Below, one piece after another: positions 21,716-34,124 of a stretch of DNA of 64,000 nt. Source of the stretch: Camelus dromedarius (Eukaryota); contig NC_087437.1 of the NCBI RefSeq assembly GCF_036321535.1, positions 59,460,001 through 59,524,000 of the forward strand, in the 5' to 3' direction. Positions within the stretch are counted from its first letter, which is position 1; the number at the start of each line of letters is the position of its first letter. The position numbers were made by a program, and so were the translations under genes. The notes under the pieces were generated by a model. That model was not told the DNA's origin. It searched no databases and saw only the letters and a program-made list of their open reading frames with translations.

Positions 21716-23409
21716 TCAAGGACACTATAAAGATTTCCTAATTCGACTTTTATTGTGAGTGGAGACGTGGGGATGTAGGCTGCTGGGCAGTGTGTGTGTG
21801 TGCCCATGATCTTGAAGATCAAAGGGAGACGTGGCTTACTTCTGAAATCTTGACCTGGTTTTTGAAGGGCTGAATAATACTAATGATAATAAAAAAGATG
21901 TAACAAAGACATTTTGAAATACTATAGTGACTTAGTTATGCTGCACCTGGGAAAGCCGAACAGGCGTGAGTTACATTAATTCTCTTCAGCACATCTGTTA
22001 AAAGGCTGACTGAACACTCAGGACAAGCCTTAGAGTAAACAGGCATGCCTGGATTCTAATGGCCAATGCTTTGTGTAGACCTTGTGGGGTAAAAAAGCCA
22101 TAATGAGGACTATTGATACAGGCCTGGCCTGCAGCGACTGTTCGTAGCTCACCAAGGAGATGTCTGATGTACGAGTTTGCCCAACTACATGAAGAGTCCC
22201 CATTTAGGAGGTCTCACCTTTAGTGCACTCTTGTTTTTCTCTTAAATTCACTTTCGCCCTGATGGCTATAATCATGTTAAAATCAATTTAAATCAACCAA
22301 GAATGTTTACCAAAGACTTTTATCTCATTCATTAAATTTTACAAATAATGATAACTAATATTTTATAGTTATACCCCACAAGAGTATTTTTATACCCACA
22401 TTATCTCATTTGATCTTTACTAGCCTTCAGAGATGGGTAGAGATTATTCCCATTTTATAGATGAGAAAATTAAGGCACAGAATGGGGATTTGGCTTAGAA
22501 TCTTAGTGATCATCTGGTCACTGACTTCCTTTTTCAGATGGAAAAATGGGCTGAGTGAAGAGATTTGCCAAGTCTGTTAGTAATTGGAGCAGAGCTAACC
22601 TGCCAAGGCTGTTTTCTTGCAATTATTTTAAGGAAACTTTCTGAGATCCAAGACATTGTCCATGTGACCTGAGACTTGAGTTTGAATGTTTTTCGGTAAA
22701 GAGGAAGGGCTGTCCTCCAGCCTTGGGGTCAGGGTCTGGACCAGAGCTTTTAACATGTGGCTAAGTGGTTGTTTGAGCCCATAATTACTCAATTTAAAGC
22801 AACATAACAGACACAGAACCTGAAATGGGATTTTAACCCTGCAGAGTGGGATGTGCAGTCCCAGAAGAGGGATAGAGAAAACAAATGAGGGTGAAGTTCT
22901 GGGAGCCTCAGACATAGCAGAGAGTTCTGGAAGGGCTCTTGTTCCTCACTCCCCTCCTCCACACTCCCCCACCTCAGTAACCTGTACCCCTGTCTGCCAG
23001 GAGCCTTCCTAGGCTTCAGGGTGGGAGAGGTTCCTGGTTCTGCAGATTCCCACTGCCTCACCCCACAGTCTCTGAGCACCACCCTCCCCTCTCCAGCCCA
23101 GCCAGGCTCTCCCATTAGGCCAGGACACAGTGCCAGCCCCGAAGAATAGAGGACTCACTCTAGGGTCCTGCCCTCAAGGAGCTTGTGGCTTTGGTAAGGG
23201 GCAAGAAAAGAAGGGGCACAGAGCTAGCCATGCTTCCATGGTAAGTTCCCCCACTGAGTTCTCCATAAAACATGGGATGTGGAGACAAGTGGGGAGGAGT
23301 GGGATCTGGACTAGGGACAGGGCATTTTAGGCTGATGGAATATCAAGGTGGGCATGAAGAGCATCATGGTTCATCAGAGAAGCATCTTGGGGTTCACTGT
23401 GTGTGTGAA

Positions 23410-23651
23410 GACAAAGGGGTGAGGCAGGAAGAAGAGGGATGAATTCCTCCTTCCTCTACCGTTGGTCCTACGCAGGCCCTCAGTGGATTCCACGGTGCCC
23501 ACCCACACTGGGGAGGGCAGTTATTCTTACTGAGTCCACAGATCCAAATGCTGATCTCATCCGGAAACGCCTTCACAGACACTTCCAGAATTAATGTTTA
23601 ACCGGGACACCTCACAGCCTGTCAAACTGACCCAGCAAAATAACCATCTCA
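23410..23651 (-). mobile_element. ERVL LTR (MLT2-like) fragment
   Basis: ggtgcccacccacactggggagggcagt...tactgagtccacagatccaaatgctgatctcatccggaaacgccttcacagacac...aaaataaccatctca. Confidence 0.75.
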
Positions 23652-24010
23652 GGGTCTCTAGTGAAATCGCAGTCAAGATGTCAGCTGGGGCTACAGTCAG
23701 CTGACTGGGGCTGGGGGAGCTGCTTCCATGAGCTCACTCACAGGGCTGGCTCATTTGTGCAGGTGTGCACGGGGGCGGAGGGGCTCTCTCTGGGGCTGCT
23801 GGAGCATCCTCATAACACGGCAGCTGGCTTCCTTCAGGGTGAGCAATCCAGAGAAGGCAGAAGCTCCAAAGTCTTTTATGACTTAGCTGCAGAAGTCACC
23901 ATCACCATTTCTGCAATATCCTGGGGGTCACACAGGGGAGTCTTATTCGATGTGGGGGAGGATAACAAAGAGGTAGGGATCACTGGGGGCCATGGTAAGT
24001 GTTGGTTAGC
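23652..24010 (-). mobile_element. ERVL-MaLR LTR (MLT1F/H-like) fragment
   Basis: gcagtcaagatgtcagctggggctacagtca...gggctgctggagcatcctcataacacggcagctggcttcc...ttttatgacttagctgcagaagtcac. Confidence 0.7.
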
Positions 24011-24309
24011 ACAGATCCCCACACAGGAAATGTGTTAAAACCCAGAGACTCTTGAAGTCAGAGAACTTGTTTCTGCCACTTGGTTGGTAGGGATCCCGTT
24101 AAAGGTGCATCTTCCTAGTCTATAAAGTGGGGCTGTTGGTCCTGCCTGGTTTGCTGTAATGGGTTGTGATGAGGCCCAAACAGCAAAGAACAGCACAGAT
24201 GTTAGTTTCAGTGATTATTCCTAAGCCACTTTTTTGTTTGTTTTAAATCAAGCTAGAGAACCCTACATCCCTGCTTGTTATTCAGCAAAGCATAGGGACT
24301 TAGGCCCCC

Positions 24310-24560
24310 TGGGGAGGCAGCTGCAGTGTGATGGGTCCAAGGATGAGCTCCACAGTGAGGCTTCCGGGGCTCAAGCTCGGCTCCGCCACTTGCCAACCAT
24401 GTGACCTGGGCCAGATACTCAGTCCCTCTGTGCTACAATCTCCACACCTATTCCTGTGGAAATGATGACAGTACCTGCTTCAAAGGGATGTCATGAGAAT
24501 TAAATTAGCTATTATTTCAGGTGAAATATTTAGAACAGTGCCTCCTGACTGTTAGTAACT
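24310..24560 (+). mobile_element. MIR SINE, near full length
   Basis: gctccgccacttgccaaccatgtgacctgggccag...cctctgtgc...gtacctgcttcaaagggatgtcatgagaattaaat...tttagaacagtgcct. Confidence 0.75.
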
Positions 24561-24585
24561 GCCTGACATAAACCCTAGCTTTGGC

Positions 24586-24703
24586 TACAGAATGGCCACA
24601 AAGTCCGGAAACACAGATATTATTTTATCATACTTTCTAAGGCCATATTCATAAACCATTTATTATATATTTGCCTGTTTCCAGACGTGGTGGCCAATTC
24701 TAT
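24586..24703. mobile_element. Small MITE-like element with imperfect terminal inverted repeats (possibly Tc1/mariner class)
   Basis: Left arm cagaatggccacaaagtccggaaaca; reverse complement of right arm tagaattggccaccacgtctggaaaca; AT-rich interior. Confidence 0.55.
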
Positions 24704-25317
24704 TATGCCGTCTGATCCTGACTGTCCAGGCAGTTTACTCTGTCCTTCAGCTGTGCCTGTAATCCAGTTGGCGGATCTGGTGCAAGATTCTCATCTCTCA
24801 TTCTCGAGAGGAGAAGGCTTTCATTATACTTAATAATGTTGGCCCCACCTGCAAGCTTCCTCAGATGTAGGGTGCTGTTAACACTGCTCTCAAGTGTTGC
24901 TTACCCCAGTGGGCCTTTTTATTACGTGAGCACACAGGGTAGAGCAGATGCCCTGTGCTATTAAGTTGGTTTTGCAAACCGCAGTGGCCAACCACATAAT
25001 GGTATAAAGATACACCTTACCTCAGAGGGGGCAGGGTACCAGACATCACATGAAGAGTTCTGAGCAACCTGAGAGAGTGCCCTGGGAAAGGAGGTTTGAA
25101 GTTGCAGAGACTGGTCCTATGTTAAAAAGATTGGACATAAAAAACTCTGAGCCTAGAAGCTGGTAGTTTTGATGGTGTTTAACATATGCTATAAAGCAAC
25201 TCTTTGTGAATAATTTACCAGTTTCTATAAATATTCAGCTCTCTGGTTTAAAAAATTTTTGTTTGTTTTCTTTTTTAACGGATTTGAGTCACATCTTTCT
25301 GGAGAACATCTATCACC

Positions 25318-25620
25318 TACAAGGTTTTCTCAAAACGTGTTATTGGAACACGGATCCCACGGGGGTGTTACAGGAGGTTACGTTAAAAAAGGTTTCAGTG
25401 ATCAAATGAGGTCAGGAAACACTGGATTCAACACAGTTAAATAAGTTTCCTTTTTACAGGACTTCTCAGAGCCTTTAATATAGTAATATGATTTATAAAT
25501 CTCTATGAGGGTGATAAAATCTAAAATGTTTTTACACATTTATTTGACAATAAACCCTTTTTTGGAGGGGAATATATTTCAGAAAAAGTATTCAGTGGAA
25601 TATAGATACAGGAAAACATA
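25318..25620. mobile_element. Old hAT-Charlie-type DNA transposon fragment (family uncertain)
   Basis: tttctcaaaacgtgttattggaacac...ggaaacactggattcaacacagttaaataagtttc...caggacttctcagagcctttaatat resembles MER-type Charlie derivatives. Confidence 0.45.
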
Positions 25621-25657
25621 GACCTAATAATTGGAAGCCTACTGCTTTTAAATCCTC

Positions 25658-25810
25658 CTTTTCTTTCTTTTTTTGGGGGGGGGTAATTTTGTTTGTTTGT
25701 TTTTTGTTTGTTTGTTTATTTGTTTGTTTATGGCAGAGGTTCTGGGTATTGAACCCAGGACCTCATGCACACTAAGCACATACTATATCACTGAGCTATA
25801 CCCTTCCCCC
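25658..25810 (-). mobile_element. tRNA-Ala-derived SINE (Vic-1-type, camelid), diverged
   Basis: Reverse complement reads gggggaagggtatagctcagtgatatagtatgtgcttagtgtgcatgaggtcctgggttcaatacccag, then (AAAC)n, a C-run and an A-rich tail. Confidence 0.85.
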
Positions 25811-26552
25811 TGGAAACGTACTGTTTTATCTGCATGGCACATCCACAGTTGCTCATTTCTGGCAACACCATACTCATCTTCAGAGAACTGCTCCCAGCCC
25901 CATTCACATGGTTCCCGAGGGAGCTGAAGTTTTCTTGACCACAAGGGACACAGCTCTTGGTCACAGGAGTGAGCAGTAGACCTGGGCTGGGCCACTAAGC
26001 CCCTTTTCTGAAATCTTTGGGCTTGGGACCAATGATCCTTCCTCTGGTGGCTAAGGTTGGAAGACGTAAAATGTAAAGAGCTGTTAGTTGTTAGGTTTTC
26101 TCCCATCTGGAGACAGCTATTCTGTGGTGGAGTTTAATAGTACTAACTGGCAGAGGAAAAACATGGGACATGGAGAGTCCAGATGTATTTGACTGCTTGG
26201 TTCTGGCCCTGGATGTCTCGTTCCATTCCCACTTTTGTGCAGTTTGGAAAACCTATGTCAGTACTACTCAGTGTAATCAAGTGTGGTTTGTGAACCAGTG
26301 AGTGCTGTTTCCCAAACTGTGCGTTACCGGTCCATAGTGAGGAAAATTCAGAAACTGAGTGTTTAATAACTTTTATAGTAATTGACATTGCTGAGACAGC
26401 AAGTGGCATTTTATTTTTCTAGTAATTCATATTTATTTAATTTACCAAAGTACTGATCTACAATGGATTTAAAAAAGATAATGATAACAATAATAAAATA
26501 CCTGGTCCTTCAGCACAGATTGTTTGATAAACACTGTCCTATGAGATATTCC

Positions 26553-26690
26553 AGCAGGGCTGCTATATATGGTTGTGTAGGTTGTACACTGCACAACTCT
26601 AGGAAGTGCCATTCACATAGACAATAACATGAATGATTCTCTGCTGCCTGAGTTGTACAGTATACAACCAGCCCAACAGTAGACACAGCC
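26553..26690. mobile_element. hAT-Tip100 MITE (MER91-like)
   Basis: cagggctgctatatatggttgtgtaggttgtacactgcacaactc...gagttgtacagtatacaacc, a palindromic MER91-like structure. Confidence 0.6.
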
Positions 26691-27049
26691 TTTTTATCCC
26701 AGTATTTTTGATTTGCCTGAATTACCCAGTCTTTTTGTCTTTGCTTTCAATCTAAGGATATTTAAATAATACATCCTCTACTGTCCCAGTGGCCTATTTC
26801 GACTGTCTACTGTATATGAGACCTGGTTCTTGAGTCTAACTTTCCCACAGTGTGATTCATCCATTTTGCTGTCTTGTTAGTTCTCATGGAAGGAAAGCAG
26901 CTTAGTACACACTGCTTGGGAGGATGCCAAACATTCTACTCCACCAAACCTGACAGTCTGTGGCTGGGCACGCTGGCATGTAAAGGTACCCTTTCCTTCC
27001 ACATCTGAACCCCAGTGTAAAGCACTCTCACAATTCGTGTGGGTGAAGG

Positions 27050-27830
27050 GAGGCCATCTAGGCATTCTAAACACTTTGTTAGTGGGCCCATAACATGGTC
27101 GTCTTTCTAGAACAGTTTGGTAACATCCAAAGCTTTACAAATGCCCTTTGCCCTTCTAGGAATTATGCTTCTAAGATCCTCTCTTAAGGATCTGAAAGTT
27201 CATCAAAGATTTATCCCCAAATACGGACACTGTGTTTTAACTGTAAAAACAGAAATTGGAAATAACCTGAATATCCAATACACAGTTGACCCTTGAACAA
27301 CACAGTATTGAACGGCATGGGTCCCCTTATACCCGAATTTTTTTTTTCAATAAACATACAGTTGGATCTCCTTATTTGTGGACTCACAGACATGGAGAGC
27401 TAACTGTATTCCTGGTACCCCACTGTTTTATATAAGGGACTTGAGCATCCCAGGATTTTGGTACACACAGGGGCTCCTGCAACAATGGGTACTGAGGGGG
27501 ATTAAGTAGATAATTAGGTATCTGATTAAGTAGATAACAGAAAACTAAGTGAAAGACTAATTTCAATTCATTAAAATTATGTATAGAGTATCTAACAATA
27601 CGGAAAATGCTATAAATTGACGTTAAAAATCAGAATACAATAGAATATATATGTAAGGAGAAAACGCTAAGAAAAAAGACTGAAGATAAATAGGCTAAAA
27701 TGTTACTAGTAAATGTCTCTGAGGAGTGATATTTTGGGTGATTAACATAAAATATATTTTATGAAGTGTATGTTAAGAGTACCTATTTCTTTGATAGTCA
27801 AGGGAAAATGAAGTTAAATATTTAAAAAGA
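27050..27830 (+). mobile_element. Old L1 (L1M-type) 3' fragments interrupted by a Tigger element
   Basis: tttctagaacagtttggtaacatccaaagctttacaaatg...cttctaggaattat...aaattggaaataacctgaatatccaata and a degenerate 3' UTR after 27500. Confidence 0.55.
27283..27500 (+). mobile_element. TcMar-Tigger non-autonomous element (Tigger2/MER2-like)
   Basis: Starts cagttgacccttgaacaacac; contains tataagggacttgagcatcccaggattttggta near its 3' end. Confidence 0.75.
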
Positions 27831-28164
27831 AAAAAGAGAGACAGGGCAGCTGTGTGTTTGAGGTTGGGTCCCAAAACGTTGCTGCTCGGGTCACTGTGGG
27901 CTTCAGGTCCCAGTCAGGCAGTTCAAGTTTCTTAGCTCTTGGAGAGCATCTGGGCTCCAGGCCTTGACTCACTGACAAGCACACACAGCCCAGCTCAGAG
28001 TGGACGCTCAGGTATCAACCGAGACCTTATGATCAGCAGTTTCTGTTCCTGTGGGTAGCATTTCCTCATCTTGTCCTCGGTTCCAGGAATGCTCCTGTCT
28101 GGGGAAATACCCATGATAACAAGGTTTCGGCAAAGAGGCGCAAAAGAGATTCGAGCGTACGACG

Positions 28165-28870
28165 AAGGATGTGCATTCCCCCAGCCCAGCAACGCCACTC
28201 CTGGGTGTACAGCCGGGACAGCCCACGCATACGCAGGAAAACATTACGCCGTTGTTTGCAATAGTGAAAAATTGGAGCAATGGGGGAGAAAAAGTGGATA
28301 AATTGCTTTCCATCAAAAAGAGGATGGATATAAATTAGAATATTTTCATACAATGAGATCCTATTCAGCATCAAAGTAAGTAAATTAGCATTAACATAGA
28401 TGAATCCCAAATCCAGAGTGTCAGCAAAAAACAAAGCAAGTAGCTGTTTCATTTCATCCATAGTAATACCATATTTATTTGTTGACTATCATATTTTATA
28501 TATTTATTATATAAAATACATTATTATAATTTAATAACACTATATTAATTTATACCATTTACTTTTATGATTCCATTAAGATTAAGTTAAAAATACGTGA
28601 AAATACCACAATCCATGGACGTCCATATATAGAGAAAGTAAAGTCATGCATGAGAATAATAAACATTAAATTCCAGAGAGTAGTTTTCTCCTGGGAATAG
28701 AAAAAGGAAAAAGCAGGGAGTGGTATATGGAAGCTTCAAGGACATCTGTGAAGTTCTGTCTTTAAGACTGTATGTCTGAAGCAAATACGGAAAAGAATGT
28801 TAGTATTTGACACAGCCTGGTGATGTTTACGAGTTACATCATTCTTTAAATTCTCTTGCCTTTTGGAACT
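28165..28870 (+). mobile_element. Old L1 ORF2-end/3' UTR fragment
   Basis: cccagcaacgccactcctgggtgtac...gttgtttgcaatagtgaaaaattgga...tccatcaaaaagaggatggata...tattttcatacaatgagatcctattcagca...catagatgaatc. Confidence 0.6.
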
Positions 28871-29509
28871 ATTTCATAATAATAATAATAAAAAAATAGA
28901 GTTACAGGAGAAAGTAGGGCACCAACCCAGGATGTTCTGAGCATGAGACAGGCAGAGGTGACCAGGGAAGAAATGGGCTCGCAAGCGCTGGATGTGATGA
29001 TACCAGGCTGGGAGGGCCCCGGATGCCGCCCTGCGCGTGGTGCGTGCTCCCACCCACCCACCCACACGTGCGGTGCCTCCTTCCCCTTCCTGTTTCATGT
29101 CCCATCTGGCAGCTGCTCTCCGATCTGCTGACTGCTGGGAATCACACCAAGTCTCAGCACCAAGGTTCAGCCCCTGACTACCTTTGCAGTGGTGTACTTC
29201 CTGCCGGCGTGGAATTACTTGCGGGACTCCAGCCTTTGTCCCCCTGGGGCTTGGGTAAGAACAGCACAAGTTCACACCCACCTCCTGCCAAGGGGCAGGG
29301 GAATCTTGAGGCCTGGAAATCCTGATTGTTGCATCTCCCTCAGGCTTTCCCAGGTGCTCAGATAATGCGTGGCTCTCATGTCCTGGTATCATGCACTTAT
29401 TAATCTATCTGTCTCATCTTCTTTTTTCTTCATAAAAATAAGTTCAGTCCAAGTCAGTGCCAACATTCCTAGAAAATTCAGTCTGGGCCTCCTCACTCGT
29501 GCTCCCATC

Positions 29510-29710
29510 TGGTCTTAGAATCAGTAGACCTGTTCTGGAATCCCAGCTCAGCCAGCAAGCAGCCAGATGACTTTAGGCAAACCACGTCACCTCTCTGGAC
29601 CTCTCTTTCTTCCTCTAGTAACTGGGGCATGGATGCTGGCCTCACTGGGTTGGCATGATGTCATGATTGCATAATGTCTCACTTGTCAAGGCTCCGAGCA
29701 CAGTGTCTGC
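29510..29710 (+). mobile_element. MIR SINE
   Basis: agacctgttctggaatcccagctcagcca...tgactttaggcaaaccacgtcacctctctggacctc. Confidence 0.65.
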
Positions 29711-31123
29711 ACAAGACACAACACATTAATTTAACTTTTCCTAGGGTCAAATTTAGCAATTAATGTTGGCAGGCCTTTCAGGTTCTGATCGTTCTTCTTC
29801 CTACCAGGCTACTTCCCCCTCGTCCTTCTGCCCCTCCCCTCTCTCAACCCCAATTTCCTCCAGTTAACTCTGGGTGCTCATGCTCCCATGGGACAGCCTG
29901 AGCCCCAGCCTCCAGCTCTGGAGAAGACTTTCCAACAGTAGTTCTCCACCTTGCAGAACCTTAGAACCCTCTAGGGTGCTAAAAAACCCCAAACAACACA
30001 GCAATAACCAGCTCCCCTCCAAGCCCTAGCTCCACCCCTAGAGAACATGACTCACTTGGTCTGGGCTGGGGGTAGGGGGCAAGCATTGTATTTTCTTTTC
30101 CTCCCCACCCACACTGTGGCCTGTGATCCTAATGTCCATTTAAGACTCTGATCCCTGCAAGTACCACAACATCCTTTTGGGCCCCTTCCCTCCTTGGGCT
30201 GCTCCCCTGGCATCATAACAGTGGGAAAAAAACCACTGCATCTTCATTTTTTTCCATTTCCCAAACTCTTTCTCGAAAAACATTTAATAATTTACAGATT
30301 CTTCATGAAGTTTTCCCTTAACTTTTACCTTGGGTAACTTGTAGGGTAGGCAGAACAGAAACAGCCCCCAGGCCGCCCTGAAGGGCGAATTGGCTTTTCC
30401 TTCCAGAGCTGATGTGTACTTCTGTTCTGCTTGTCCTGGGACCCAGCTACTAGTCTGCACACAGAGCTCACTTTTCCTTTGCCACAGATCTGAAATAAAC
30501 AGCCAACATTGAACCTAGCTAAGTCAAGCCCCACCGGGAAGACTGTATTCAAGCGATGTTTCCTGCTTATTTTTGGTTCATCTCATCCTAAGACACTGAT
30601 GCTCCATGGTGGCTCATAACTCTGAGCAGCCCTGGTGTTTGGCCCTTGCAGGCATTGTGGGCTTGAGGGTCCTTCTGGAATCTTCCGCCTTAGCCCATGT
30701 CCTTCCCTCCATGGCTCCTCCTAGCTTATTGGAATTCCCAGCCTTGAGTGATGCAGCAAGACTGGGAGGCTCTGGTTCTCTCCTTGGCTGCTTCTCCAAC
30801 TCCAGGCACAGATCTCAGATGAATAGAGGGAATGAAGCCTGGAGAGTGTATGGGACTTACCCAAGATCACAGCTGTATGTGGCCACAGCAATTGAAAATG
30901 GGGTGGTTGGTGGGCCAGTGCTTGGAATTCTTGGCTTTGTTTCTTATTTGTCCAGAGGCTTGGGTTGGGATGTTGCCTCTGGAGCCACATACTTTCATCA
31001 GCAGCATTTAGCTTTGAATGAGCAGCATGATTAAAGTCTATCTTCTAGCCAAATAAGGTGGTGACCACCCCCCACCCCTATCCCAGAAGGCTCCACAGGC
31101 CTTGGCTAAGAACTTGCTGTAAA

Positions 31124-31268
31124 GGGGGGAGGGTATAGCTCGGTGGTAGAGCACGTGCTTAGCATGCACGAGATCCTGGGTTCAATCCCCAGTACTGCCA
31201 TTAAAAAAAATTAAGTAAATCAATAACACCCCTCCCCCTGCAAAGAAAAATAATAAATAAATAAACAA
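31124..31268 (+). mobile_element. tRNA-Ala(AGC)-derived SINE (Vic-1-type) with 14-bp target-site duplication
   Basis: ggggggagggtatagctcggtggtagagcacgtgcttagcatgcacgagatcctgggttcaatccccagtact with A and B boxes and an A-rich tail; TSD taagaacttgctgt at 31107-31120 and 31269-31282. Confidence 0.93.
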
Positions 31269-32139
31269 TAAGAACTTGCTGTGAGAGGCAAGGTGGAGGC
31301 TCAATCAGACTTTAATACTTATACCAGGATGGGGATAGACAGAGAGGGTGACAGGAAGTACCAAGGAGTGAAACTGAGGGGAAAGGCCGATAGGTTGAAT
31401 GCAGATGACTATACAGTTTTTGATGCTTAGTTAGGCTCTTGATGGATAGGTGAAATTTCACACTTTACTCCCGACTCCTATAACTCCTTTTGTAGAGCCT
31501 GTCTTTATGGCTTATGCCATTTGAGCCTCACAACACCCCGGTTGAGATTATCATCTTTGTTTTGTAGATAAGGGAACGGAGGACCAGAGAGGCCCTGGCT
31601 GTGGGCTGGGTTGTCAGAGGAGCTGGGATCGGCCGTGGTTCCTTCCTCTATAGCATCCTGCCTCTGGTTGTTTAGGTTTTTACTTCACCACTGCACACCA
31701 GCCCCCGGTCCATCTCAAAGCAAGGATTTACCTGTTGGTAAGACTCTGTGTAGTCTCGGTGATCGCCTGACTCACAGAAGGGAGATGTCAAAAACTATCT
31801 TGGAGAGAGAGATTTTGTCTCAGGCTCTGAATCCTACTCCTCTTCCTGCCTCACACCACTATGGCAAGAAGAACTAACCAAGTAATTATTTCTCTGCACA
31901 TTTGCTGTGTCACATGGAGGGTCCTGGAAAGGTTCATGGGAAGACAGAGATGAATTTGACGTTTTCCTATAGGAAAGGCAAATGTGTGGCTCCAGTAAAC
32001 CCACTCTTCTTTTCTGTACCCAGGGCAGACATCTAGACTAATTTACCAGGTCATTCCTTCCCATGAAGCCTGAACATAACCTCTCAAGATTCTGATCCAG
32101 GCGTCTATGAACATTCAGTAAAATTGGTGCTCAAGTTAA

Positions 32140-32360
32140 TAAGAGCTAGAATTCACTAAGGGCTTATTATGTGCTGGGCACTATGCTACAGTCACTGTCA
32201 CGTTACTTCCACACAACTCCATGATGCAGGCACTGTCATGATCCTCCTTTTGCAGATGAGCAAATAGGCTTAGAGAAGTTAAGTATCTTGCCCCTCCTCC
32301 CCCCAAGTGGATCTAAGATTTGAACCCAGCCAGTCCACCTCTGGAGTCTGCATCCCTGTT
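32140..32360 (-). mobile_element. MIR SINE
   Basis: gcttattatgtgctgggcactatgcta...ttttgcagatgagcaaataggcttagagaagttaagtatcttgccc...gatttgaacccagccagtc. Confidence 0.75.
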
Positions 32361-33329
32361 CCTTCACTCCTTACTGCCCTCTGATTTCCATCCCTGAGCT
32401 GCTACTGCCTGCTCCCTTTCTGAGCACAGAGCTGGTGCAACTTGCCAGTGAGAAAAAGTTAACAACTCCTGGCTGCTCTGTCAGCTCCCTCGATGTTTCA
32501 TAGCCAATGATCATGGGCTTCATTTCACAGAAGGAAGTACATGTGTGCTGTGACATCTTCAAGGTGACAGCTCAAATGACAGGAAGAAATGGAAGAGGGA
32601 CTAGTGAATTCCCAAACCCAGACCTCTAGGTCAGCTCAGGAACCTTGGGGACATTGGGGATTTTCTAAATGCCTCTTCTCATTCCTCAAAGCCTAGCACA
32701 ATTTAATTTTGCAAATACACCTGGGCATGGGGCAGATGAGCAATGTAAACAATAGATCTAGCTCAAACCTGCCTCAAGTTTCGTAAAAGAAAGTTGCTGA
32801 TGAAATAGAAGCAACTGGTGTTAAATAATTTTCTCATAGGAATTCCTACCAAGTCTGGACTATTAACCTGGGCTCCCCTTTGAGCTTCGTGGGGCCATCT
32901 AAATGAATAGTTACGACATTAAATTTGAATGATAAAATGAGTTTGCAGTTCAGTTCCTTTGTGGGTATTCATTTGTTACATATTTGTCAAGCTTCATTAG
33001 GAAAAAAAAATGAGTTGATTACACTTCAAGTATTAGACATTTCCTATTTCTAAATGGGCAAGATGACAGCGAAATGGCTAAAAATGTGGAAAAAAATCTG
33101 AAAAAAACACAAGCATGATACCTGCCTTTTTCATCCCTCTGTCTTAAAAACATTTAAAAGGTCAACCTAATAAGCCAAATTGTTTTCTTTTGACTATAGG
33201 CAGATGGCTTTCTTTCAATATTCTAGAGAAATATTAAGTATCTAATTAGACTTACAAGTGGACTATGATGTTTTTACTGCCCGCATTCTAGGGATGAAGA
33301 AAAAGAATACCCACAAGTAGTATATGAGC

Positions 33330-33752
33330 TGTGCTGGGCTCAGTGGTGTCCCCTCAAATTTGTGTCCTGGAACCTGTGAATGTGATCGAATTTGAAAGTA
33401 GAATCTTTGCAGATGTAATCAAGTTAAGATGAGGTCACACTGGATGAAGGTGGGTCATACATCCAATAACCAGTGTCCTTATAAGCAGAGAGAGACACAG
33501 GGAAGAAGGCCAGGTGGTAACTGAGGCAGAGACTGGGGTGGTGCAGATGTGAGCCAAGGAATGCCAAGGACTGCTGGTAACTGGAAGGTAGGAAGAGGCA
33601 AAGAAGGATTCTTCCCCAGAGCCTTCAGGGAAAGCATGTCCCTGCTGACCCCTTGATTTTGGACTTCTGGCCCCTACAAGTGTGAGAGAATAAATTTCTG
33701 TTGGTTTAAGCCACCTAGTTTTGTCACAGCAGTCCTATAAAAGTAATAAACA
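33330..33752 (+). mobile_element. Solo ERVL-MaLR LTR (MLT1C-like)
   Basis: gaacctgtgaatgtga...tctttgcagatgtaatcaagttaagatgaggtca...gccaaggaatgccaagga...ttgattttggacttctggcc...gagagaataaatttctgttggtttaagccacc; starts TG, ends CA. Confidence 0.85.
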
Positions 33753-34124
33753 AGGGAATTTGGGATGGAATTTAGACTGACATTCATTCCAAACTTTCTT
33801 TCTCAGAGACCCTTAGATTAAGGCCTTGATGTGGGTAAAGTCTTCTCCATACAGTCTCCCATTTCATCAAGTGGTGAGAAGAAGGAAACCAAACCAAAAG
33901 TGACAGTTTCTGGAGGTCAAGAATAGGTAACATTTACAAAGGCTTTTTTGTAACTACCTGATTACTGTATGATAACTGGAGACCAGAGAAACAAATGCTC
34001 TTCCTAGAGAACTGAGCTGACTAAATCCAGTAGCATTGGGTGGTCTGCTTCAGGCATGAGCAAGTATTTTTTGAGTGACAAGGAGGGATACCTGCCTACT
34101 TCCATTTAGGGAAGAGAGTCCAAC

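Noticed and set aside
31129..31200. Functional tRNA-Ala(AGC) gene (also the copies near 25740-25810, 40990-41061 and 56808-56880)
   Set aside because: Broken acceptor stems or B boxes, SINE-specific tails, and TSDs on most copies show these are tRNA-derived SINEs.
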